Assembly (NCBI GenBank): GCA_030141605.1
Contig: JAQGDQ010000893.1
Span: forward strand, 1 to 12,889
DNA length: 12,889 nucleotides
Direction of reading: 5' to 3'
Source: Tubiluchus corallicola
Lineage: Eukaryota; Animalia; Priapulida
Shown: positions 1 through 8,346 of the stretch, piece by piece
Numbering within the stretch: position 1 is the stretch's first letter
How the letters are laid out: the number at the start of each line of letters is the position of its first letter
Program-made: the position numbers and the translations under genes
Notes under the pieces: generated by a model
The model's database searches: none
What the model was told of the DNA's origin: nothing
What the model saw: the letters and a program-made list of their open reading frames with translations, nothing else

Positions 1-306
1 ACGAGTAACATAATGTCAACTAAATCTTACATTCGAACCACCCCTAATCCCTCAAGAAACATTCCAATAGCTTTCACTCGACTGTGTTTAGAAGAACATC
101 GTTTGGAAATTGAAGCAGTCAGGTTGAGCCACCAACAACGAGAACAAAGATTATGCCCATGTGGATCTATACAAACGGAAGAACATATATTAATCAGCTG
201 TCCTCAAACTGATCACTTAAGAAGGCAGTTCACCGATGTAGACTTCGAATCATTAACTTCAATATTGTCTTGCAAAAATCATTTAAAAGTTGTTATCTTT
301 TTCTGA
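1..306 (+). pseudogene. LINE ORF2 C-terminal fragment with CCHC zinc knuckle (probably decayed)
   Basis: Cys at 154 and 160, His at 184, Cys at 199; stop at 304-306. The ATG at 13 is internal because the frame runs off the window edge. Departures from the usual motif (LCLEEH for LRLSSH, EAVRL for ETGRW) suggest neutral decay. Confidence 0.7.
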
Positions 307-503
307 AAGTGTTTGAGTTGTGTGTGTGTATACACTTAAGTTAAATTACATTGTGTGAATTAATAGTTTAATAGTGAAGCAGTGTTTGGATGTCGTGTAA
401 TGTAACTTTGTAAACTCTGTGGAGTAATTCTGTGTTACCCCACCATAGTTAAATATATGTTTTGTTGTAAAAACCTAGTCAACAAAAACTACTACTGCTA
501 ATA
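1..503 (+). mobile_element. 3' end of a non-LTR retrotransposon (LINE): ORF2 C-terminus, 3' UTR with stem-loop, and short (ACT)n tail; truncated by the window edge
   Basis: Frame 1 is open from 1 to 306 and reads AFTRLCLEEHRLEIEAVR...REQRLCPCGSIQTEEHILISCP, the typical TRLxLxxHxLxIExxR...RLCxC-x7-H-x4-C end of LINE ORF2. The downstream AT-rich UTR has a hairpin GTGGAGTAA(419-427)/TTACCCCAC(435-443), then AACAAAA-ACTACTACTGCT (481-499). Clade not determinable by eye. Confidence 0.8.
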
Positions 504-539
504 GCAAAACATTTACATTAATTGTAGTTACAACTGTAG

Positions 540-718
540 GAATGCATTGAGGCGGGAAAGGAATCTGCTATTACTGAATTTGAATTTATGAAAAGAAACA
601 TGTAGATTGAGGAAGAAGCATTAGAAATGGCGATGAGTGCTCATGAGGGCCATTCTAATAAGTTTCTTAAATTTGGTTGACTTGAGATAAACAAATCAGC
701 CATAATTCAACTCGTTCG
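540..718 (+). pseudogene. Possible decayed exon of an unknown gene
   Basis: Bounded by CTGTAG| (534-539) and a consensus donor CG|GTGAGT (719-724). Reads ECIEAGKESAITEFEFMKRNM*IEEEALEMAMSAHEGHSNKFLKFG*LEINKSAIIQLV, protein-like but with two in-frame stops. No family recognised. Confidence 0.25.
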
Positions 719-1215
719 GTGAGTGAAAGATGATACCTCAATAATTAATAGTATAATAAAGTGTTTATTATCACAAAGACATTAGTCCGTTCTTTACACT
801 GTTTCTGCAAGACTTACTCACAGGTAATTCAATAAAACCATTAAACAACTCTGAAAAGACACTGATATGACACTAAAATGGTGAATTCTTAACTGACCGT
901 CCATTCAAAAAGACATTCCTTTCTCAAGTGACGAGCGGCAAAGACGTGGGCGGATGTGACGTGATAAGCATCAACCAACTGAAGAATTTGACGAAATTCC
1001 GAACTCTCAGTACGACTTGACAAGAAACTATCCCAGTTATATATAATTGTTATGGGGAAAACAAAGTCATAGATCATCAATGTTAAATCGGCTTCGGTCA
1101 CAGTGACAAACATAATACGACAGGGAGAGTACTGCTAAACCAGATGGTTTTTGCTGACAAAGTTAATAACAGAAGCGTTTGTAAGCAAACCAGCAAATTA
1201 ACGACAATCATTGAG

Positions 1216-1245
1216 GTTGACCTTGAACAAAGGTCAGAGGTCAAC
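1216..1245. promoter_or_regulatory. Cluster of three nuclear-receptor half sites including a perfect DR1
   Basis: TGACCT (1218-1223), then AGGTCA-G-AGGTCA (1231-1243). Outer inverted repeat GTTGACCT/AGGTCAAC. Function not shown. Confidence 0.35.
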
Positions 1246-1404
1246 ACACTACTGTCCCTCCCTCCCACATGGCTATGTGTTCTGTGAGTTTCGTTATCAT
1301 TGCTTGTATACTTTTAGAGCTATTAAGCAAAACGTAAGAGCATAATGTACACAATGAAATTGTTGTATTGTTGTGGCAAAATCTTTATAACTGCAAGTAA
1401 GCCT

Positions 1405-1508
1405 GGTAGTACGGTACAGTACGAAAAAATACCGTACAGTGCTTCCGTACTGTACCTGCAAAATTGAATCGTATCGCATTAGTACGATAAAATACGTTTC
1501 GTGCCCTA
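1405..1508. repeat. GTAC-rich internally palindromic segment, probably a MITE or non-autonomous DNA transposon remnant
   Basis: Perfect 11-bp inverted repeat GGTACAGTACG (1413-1423)/CGTACTGTACC (1446-1456); 8-bp inverted repeat GTACGGTA/TACCGTAC (1409-1416/1430-1437). Ends in ...CGTGCCCTA, resembling the TAGGG termini of hAT-like MITEs. Confidence 0.45.
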
Positions 1509-2814
1509 AATTACAACCCTAATGAGCTATTAAGCGAAACCTTTACAGAAAAAATAAAGAACTGTCTTTGTCCTTAAAAGTACCCAAGTGTGCATCTGTG
1601 AACGTTTTGGAATTATAAGCCTCCAAAATTGAGGACCATTTCGTGACCTTTTAGTGTCCCGGAATAGCGGGCCAAAATGCAACATTTTATAAAAATGTCC
1701 AAAATGATGTTAGGAATCATTCCTGAACGTTTTGCAGCTGTATCCAGTCAATCCCCTTTTTTCTCCTCACATACCGGACTACTAGTCTGTGGCCTCGATA
1801 AATGCCATTTTGCGAGCTTTGTTGCTCGCGGATTTTTATTCACCAAGAATCATGCTTAAACTTGTGTGTTCGACAAACTCGGACCGGGTTCAGTGCAACA
1901 ATCTACGCCAGACAAAACAGATCAAACCAATAAAAAGCAATGATTTTGTCACGTGTCAACTGGTATTAACCCGTTAACTATTGCTTTGACTGGCATTGAG
2001 TGCTCCATCCAAGATCTGTTGTGCGCGGGAAAATTTTGACTGCAACAATTTCTGTCAGACATTTTTGTTGGAAACAAAATTTATGCTATAGGGTTTGCGA
2101 CAACGATTTAATGCAGAGATCCCAGGCAATACTGATGTTGAGATTAAACACTAAGGCACTTTATCAATCAGTCTATTTAGCTTAACACTAATTAGGATAA
2201 AATTAATGTAGCAGCCATAAAACGACATGCAAAAGAATTGGCGATATTAAACAGTGTGTTGGGATTCTACTGTGATGGAGAGGCCAAGCAATGTAATCTG
2301 ATAACTTGTTCATTTAAAGCACAGACTAATTAAAACGACTTCTAGACTTTTATGCATTTTAGTCAGAGCATTGAATGATTGAAAAACAAAGTCATAAATA
2401 GATAACTGTAGTAATTATCCAAATATGACTTAATGGTTAGTTTACATTTAATTACGTTTGTTAAATTTAAAATCAAATGTGTCAGAAAAAAAGTGAAAAT
2501 GCAAGTTGAGAAAATGTGACGAAGCTCTGAAGTTAAATGAAGTTAAGTAAACACTTAATGATAACATTTCCTTGTGGAGAATGTGGTAGTAAAGAGTTTA
2601 GCTCAGTACAAACAACAATTGTCTTAGACAAAACATTAAATTAATGTCCATGGAAAAATACGAAAATGCTTTTCTGATAAAAGTTGCTCAAAATAGGAAC
2701 ATCAGTGTCTATGTAGGAAAGCTGTCTTATTCAAGGTTGGTCATCAACCAGAAGTTCTCACGCTGCTAAAATTGCAGTAGAATCTCCTTAACCAGCTTTG
2801 CGTGTAGGAAGCAA

Positions 2815-3278
2815 ACAGATTATTAAAATTGTTCTTTGCGGGAGGGCGCAAGATGCGGCTTAGATAAACACTTCACGAGATTTATAATTTAGCTGCTCTT
2901 TTGTGTGCAGAGAGCAGGTCTCAGGTGGTGAAAAGCGGGGGTATTATCTTTTCGCCTCCTTTTTCGACCATTATAGAGGAAATTGTTGAAGATTACAATC
3001 TTTCTTTGTGTGCAGGGCGTGAACTCAAATACTTTACAGGATTTACAAAACCATTATAAGCTGCTCTTTGAGTGGAGAGAGCATCTCAGGTGGTCTGTAA
3101 TTTGTTTTATTCTAATCCTCGCAGCTTTGAGTGCAGGGCGTGAACTCAAATACTTTACAGGATTTACATTATAAGCTGCTCTTTGAGTGGAGAGAGCATC
3201 TCAGGTGGTCTGTAATTTGGCACGTTTTATTCTAATCGTCGCAGCTTTGAGAGCAAAGATGAAGTAAACTAATCATAC
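2815..3278 (+). repeat. Repeat family copy A with a near-perfect ~120-bp tandem duplication
   Basis: Units 3004-3124 and 3125-3244 are almost identical (GTGCAGGGCGTGAACTCAAATACTTTACAGGATTTACA...GGAGAGAGCATCTCAGGTGGTCTGTAATTTG). The upstream part, 2815-3003, is a diverged unit that matches copy B. Confidence 0.85.
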
Positions 3279-3798
3279 GCATCATTTCCCGTCAGGATTT
3301 GAAAAAAAATCTCAGGTACAAACTGGACTTTAATGACAAGTAGCTTTTGTAAAGTGAAAATTAGGGGTGGAATATTCTACCAAAAAGGAGCGCTCAAAGA
3401 CAAAAAAACGACTACTACTTCAATTATTAAAATCTCTGACGCCCTGCGCAGACATGCAATTTTCAGTTGCTGAACTAGAAGTTTTTAAATGTGTTAAATA
3501 ACTAAAACCCACAAGAGCGTGCAGATATATGCAACTAAAAATTGCGCAAATTACTGTTGCGTCTGAGCTCAAACGTTTAGTTGCTCAACTGTTTTATTTG
3601 AGTGAGCACAGACAGGCAATTTTTACCAAACACAATTGTTAAAGGAAGACAAGATGATTTTTAACATACCACCCCATTTTCAATTCCTATAAAAGTATAC
3701 ATTTTAACACAATTGATACTGCAAAAATATTTCTGATAATTAAATTATAAATTAAAAACTTGATTAATGGCGGGCGAGCCCAACTATTGATGAAATCA

Positions 3799-4221
3799 CA
3801 AGTGGTCAAAAGGGGGGGGGTCATTATTTTCTGCGCTTTTTCCATCATTACCGAATTCCTGAGGAGATTATTGAAGATTAAAATCGCTCTCTGTGCGCAG
3901 GGCGTGAATCGCGTCCCAGCTCAACACATTTCAACTAACCTCCTCTTCGTGTGCAGAGAGCATGTCTCAAGTGGTCAAAAGCGGGGGTCATTATTTTCTG
4001 CGCTTTTTCCATTATTACTGAATTCCTGGGGGAGATTATTGAAGATTAAAATCGCTCTCTGTGCGCAGGGCGTGAGCCGCGTCTCAGCTAAACACATTTT
4101 ACCTCCTCTTCGTGTGCAGAGAGCAGGTCTCAAGTGGGTTGCAAGCGGGGGGTTTTTGTTCTTTTGAAAGATTTTAAAGCATCACAGCCTTGTGAGTGAA
4201 GTTGAAGTAAACTAATCATAC
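3799..4221 (+). repeat. Repeat family copy B with ~165-170-bp tandem units (about 2.5 copies)
   Basis: CAAGTGG unit starts at 3799, 3968 and 4131. Shares GTGTGCAGAGAGCAGGTCTCA, TTGAAGATTA and GCAGGGCGTGA with copy A, and ends in the same 19-mer TGAAGTAAACTAATCATAC (4203-4221; 3260-3278 in copy A). Confidence 0.85.
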
Positions 4222-4606
4222 AGGAAACAGAATTAAGTAAAGAGAATTTAAAAACTATTTATAAAAGGTCACAAACTGCTGGGTCAAAATAAATTTGTAT
4301 TGTTTTACCGCCCCGTTCCCCCGCCATTATTAAATTTTGATCTACAGGAGTGAAATTTTAAATTAACTTTGATAAACAGGCCGCATATTCTGAATCCTTG
4401 AGTGAGTGAAAGTTTGAAAGTAAAACAGGGCTAAGCTCAGCCCTAAAACAATATACTCATACAGCAAATGACACAAAAATGATTAAAAACACCATATTTG
4501 ACTTGAATCTTCATGGATTTGTCAAAACTATTTTTTATTTTCGATTTTTAAACGTTTCATACTGTGCTGCACGCTTGAAAAAAATTCGTCGACATCCTTG
4601 CGTAAC

Positions 4607-4630
4607 TTATTATTTTTATTATTATTGTTG

Positions 4631-4662
<32 letters not shown>

Positions 4663-4666
4663 GTTG

Positions 4667-4743
<77 letters not shown>

Positions 4744-4761
4744 GTTGTTGTTGTTGTTATT

Positions 4762-4800
<39 letters not shown>

Positions 4801-4810
4801 TTTTTTTTTT
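4607..4810. repeat. (ATT)n microsatellite with GTT interruptions, ending in a T12 run
   Basis: Directly visible. It explains the poly-Y, poly-L and poly-N ORFs. Confidence 0.97.
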
Positions 4811-4960
4811 ATGCACACGAAATAAATACATGAGGAAAAAGGGAAACAGTAAAATTTTACAGCTATAATCAATATGAAGTTTGTGTCTACCACTGTGTGC
4901 CATGGATGACAGCAAGAACTAAATCCTTGGACTGGTCACTGCCTGTCATACATCAAGTAG
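4799..4960 (-). mobile_element. Possible retroposon (LINE/SINE) 3' tail on the minus strand
   Basis: On the minus strand, two stems are followed immediately by A12 and (AAT)n. The stems are ATGACAGCA 4906-4914/TGCCTGTCAT 4940-4949 and ATGCACAC 4811-4818/GTGTGCCAT 4895-4903. No coding homology recognised. Confidence 0.4.
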
Positions 4961-5352
4961 TTGAGCTAAAAAAATGACATATTAAGAAATTGCACAAAAT
5001 GGACAAGGAAAGTTACTTAAAATACAAGAATTTACTAAATACTTACAATTTACAAAAATTTACAGTTTATTTAAATCTACAAATAGAAACTACGACAAAC
5101 TGACAACGCAGCGTTACCCACGCGTAAAGTCGACTAAAATTTAAGCTTTAAAAGGGAAGAAAAGGCTATATTAAAATATACCAAAAAAAACTTTCCATAC
5201 AAAGTTGTATTACTTTGTGTTACACTAACCTGCTTGAAAGACTTATGTAATTCAAAAAGAAAATTCTTAATAATTAAAAAATGTTCACGCCACCTGGTAA
5301 AACGACACTGCATCGCCATCCCAGTGTGCACCACTGATTCACCAAAATCACA

Positions 5353-5368
5353 TTACTGACGTCAGTAA
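5353..5368. promoter_or_regulatory. Perfect 16-bp palindrome with a CRE core
   Basis: TTACTGACGTCAGTAA is self-complementary and contains TGACGTCA (CREB/ATF consensus). Function not shown. Confidence 0.35.
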
Positions 5369-5699
5369 CATATAAAGTAGTTTAAACGTTTACATAGTTA
5401 GTGAAGAGTACGCCAAGAAGGCTCTGATTATTCTTTCAAACTTTACGCAATGTCATCAAATGTTTTTCAAAAAGACGCCCTAAAATGGCAGCACCAAACG
5501 GTCATCACTGGATTTTAAAGTTACAAGCTTTATACTGCGTTACTGCTAACGCAACCTCTTTGCGTAATAACACAGCATGTGAGTGATATAAAATTTCAAG
5601 GCGATTTTTATACATTTTTTATGAAAAGTGGTTTCTTGTGCTTTTAACGCCGCGTGTACGTACCTACTATACCAGCTATTTTTTAGCTTTCTGCTGTTT

Positions 5700-5862
5700 T
5701 ATCATTATTATTGTTATTATTATTATTATTATCATCAGCATCAGCATCAGCATCATCATCATCATCGTCATCATCATCATCATCGTCATTATTATCCTCG
5801 TCATCGTTGTCACCATCACCACCATCATTATCATTAGTTTCAATATTATTATTATTATTATT
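5700..5862. repeat. Compound microsatellite (ATT)n-(CATCAG)n-(CAT/CGT/CAC)n-(ATT)n
   Basis: Directly visible. It explains the poly-H, poly-I and poly-S ORFs. Confidence 0.95.
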
Positions 5863-6088
5863 TTATTTTAGTTACACTCATTATGATTTGCTCCATCGTA
5901 GTTAGCATTGCATGGTTTGTATGCTTGAGTAAGTTGATTATTATCTTTTGCTTTTAGCTTTTTTCCTGACTTCTTAAAATTCATGATTTACTTTACCGCT
6001 AGATTTAGTTACCTGTTATTCTACTGTTTCGTTTTATTTTATTTGACGTCATAATAAGCACATGTCACTTATAATTTTAATATCTTTA

Positions 6089-6206
6089 CTCGATGACCTC
6101 CATCGCTGTTCCGCCTGCCGTTCTTGCATCTCTTAAACGATTTAATATTGTTCTAATTTATGATGTCTGGACGCAAGGAAATAAACAATATCTTAATCTG
6201 AATCAG
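6089..6206 (+). mobile_element. Possible LINE (L2/CR1-group-like) 3' UTR end
   Basis: A GC-richer block CTCGATGACCTCCATCGCTGTTCCGCCTGCCG is followed by an imperfect stem TTCTTGCATC (6121-6130)/GACGCAAGGAA (6170-6180), AATAAA (6180-6185), AATCTG-AATCAG and then directly the (ATT)n array. Confidence 0.45.
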
Positions 6207-6482
<276 letters not shown>

Positions 6483-6794
6483 AACATGTACCGTATAGGG
6501 ACCGTTGGTACCATATATAAACGTGTTTTAACAATATTTAAGTATTACTAAGGTTTTTTGTATTAATATGCATCGTTTGGATGAATTTAATTAGAAAAAT
6601 ACATTTTATTGTTTAACTACGATTATGTTCGTTTAACGATAATGACGATGTTGATTATGATGACAACAATGGTGACAGCATGTATTTAATGCAAGGAAAG
6701 AAAACAAAGATAAAACTTTTTAAAAATCTTTTTATTTGTTTGAGATATAATTTCATTGTTGCTTGAGATCAACGAACAAAGAAAAGATATCATA

Positions 6795-6870
6795 GCCGTT
6801 GCCATTGCCGTTGCAATTGCTGCCATTACTGCCATTGTTGTTGCAAGTATTGATACTGCCATCGCCATTG
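6795..6870. repeat. Degenerate triplet/hexamer repeat (GCCATT/GCCGTT/GCAATT)
   Basis: GCC GTT GCC ATT GCC GTT GCA ATT GCT GCC ATT ACT GCC ATT..., in phase with the minisatellite that follows. Confidence 0.75.
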
Positions 6871-7582
6871 CAGTTGTTCACAATGTTATTCCTACTATCA
6901 TTATTTCAGTTGCTGACATTGTTATTCCCATTATCATTATTTCAGTTGCCGACATTGTTATTCCCACTATCATTATTTTGCTTGATGACATTTCATTTCC
7001 ACTATCATTATTTCAGTTGCTGATATTGTTATTGCACCGCTATCATTATTTCAGTTGCTGACATTGTTATTGCCACTATTATTATTTTAGTTAACCGCAT
7101 TTTATTCCCACTGTGATTATTTCAGTTGCTGACATTGTTATTCCCACTATCATTACTGTAGTTGCTGACATTGTTATTCCCACTATCATTATTTCAGTTG
7201 CTGATATCGTTGTTGCCACTATCATTATTTCAGTTGCTGACATTGTTATTCCCACTATCATTGTTTCAGTTAAAGACATTGTTGTTGCCACTATTATTAT
7301 TTTAGTTAACGGCATTTTATTCCCACTGTGATTATTTCAGTTGCTGACATTGTTATTCCCACTATCATTATTTCAGTTGCTGACATTGTTGTTGCCACTA
7401 TCATTATTTCAGTTGCTGACATTGTTATTCCCACTATCATTATTTCAGTTGCTGACATTGTTATTCCCACTATCATTATTTCAGTTGATGAAATTGTTAT
7501 TCCCACTATCATTGTTTCAGTTAAAGACATTGTTGTTGCCACTATCATTATTTCAGTTGATGATATTGTTGTTCTCACTGTC
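6871..7582. repeat. 36-bp minisatellite, about 20 units, consensus CAGTTGCTGACATTGTTATTCCCACTATCATTATTT
   Basis: Unit starts at 6871, 6907, 6943, 6979, 7014, 7052, 7088, 7123, 7159, 7195, 7231, 7267, 7303, 7338, 7374, 7410, 7446, 7482, 7518 and 7554. Units are contiguous with no spacers; some are 35 or 38 bp. Confidence 0.95.
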
Positions 7583-8306
7583 GTGCCATTATAGAGCAAA
7601 ATTATCTGTAGTACGATTAGACGTAACAAAACTTATCATCATCTCATAATCACGTAGTTTTCTGTTCAAAATTCTCCCCTGATTGGCAAACTCCGTCCTT
7701 GACGTCTGTGCCAAGCATAAAAGTTACGTTCAGTGTTAATTTTAATGACTGTATTTTAATTAATTATATTATTTTACCATTAAATTATTCACAACTTTTA
7801 TTCTTTTGTTCTCTTGGGATGTTAATGTTTGCCTTATAAAAGTTATGTAAAATTTGTAAAATAAGTTAATGTGAATCTAACTGTTCATCTTCTGTGGAAA
7901 TGTATCGTCAACTGGACGCTCCTGCTTGTTGTTTACTGCAAAAAAAATTGGCTTGCGACTTCTGGTTTATCTGTCGCCAGAATTTTTGTTCGACAATGTG
8001 TTTGATAAGAACTGGAAAATCCATTGATAGATAGAAAATGAATCATTTAACATACACAAAGCACAATTTAATGTGAAAATTAAATTTTTGACACGCCTCA
8101 AATTTCCTTGTAATTATGATGTCTTCTTTAAAAGTCCACTGAAACCCTGATAAACACTTGCTGTCAAAATTCACTATTGACTAACCTGATGCGAAAAAGT
8201 GGTTTTATTTTTATAAACTCGCGCGTTTCACTTTGGTCAACAAAGAAACACTTCAAATTTAGCGCTGCACAGACGTCTTGCGAGAAACGAAATATCGGGG
8301 ACGAAA

Positions 8307-8346
8307 GCGGAAGTGACGTCCCGTTTGGAACAACACTGCGCATGCG
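8307..8346 (+). promoter_or_regulatory. ETS-CRE composite plus NRF1-like motif within the transposon left end
   Basis: GCGGAAGTGACGT (8307-8319) and TGCGCATGCG (8337-8346). Cores are retained in copy 2 (ACGTCACTTCC 10905-10915; CACATGCGCAG 10878-10888). Confidence 0.45.

Noticed and set aside
1966-1977. TTAACCCGTTAA as a piggyBac terminus
   Set aside because: No matching opposite end (GGGTTAA) was found nearby.
3760-4167. 135-aa ORF with an internal repeat
   Set aside because: It lies in the tandem repeat, starts at TTG, changes frame between units and is not conserved in copy A.
4427-4444. Hairpin AGGGCTAAGCTCAGCCCT as a Helitron 3' end
   Set aside because: Not followed by a CTRR terminus at the expected distance; insufficient alone.
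6871-7582. CRISPR array (36-bp repeats)
   Set aside because: Units are contiguous with no unique spacers, there are no cas genes, and the context is eukaryotic.
6686-7649. Repetitive hydrophobic or antifreeze/mucin-like protein (IISVADIVIPT / ATEIMIVGITMS repeats)
   Set aside because: Frames are open only because the unit is 12 stop-free triplets. The 35- and 38-bp units shift the frame repeatedly, and both strands are similarly open.
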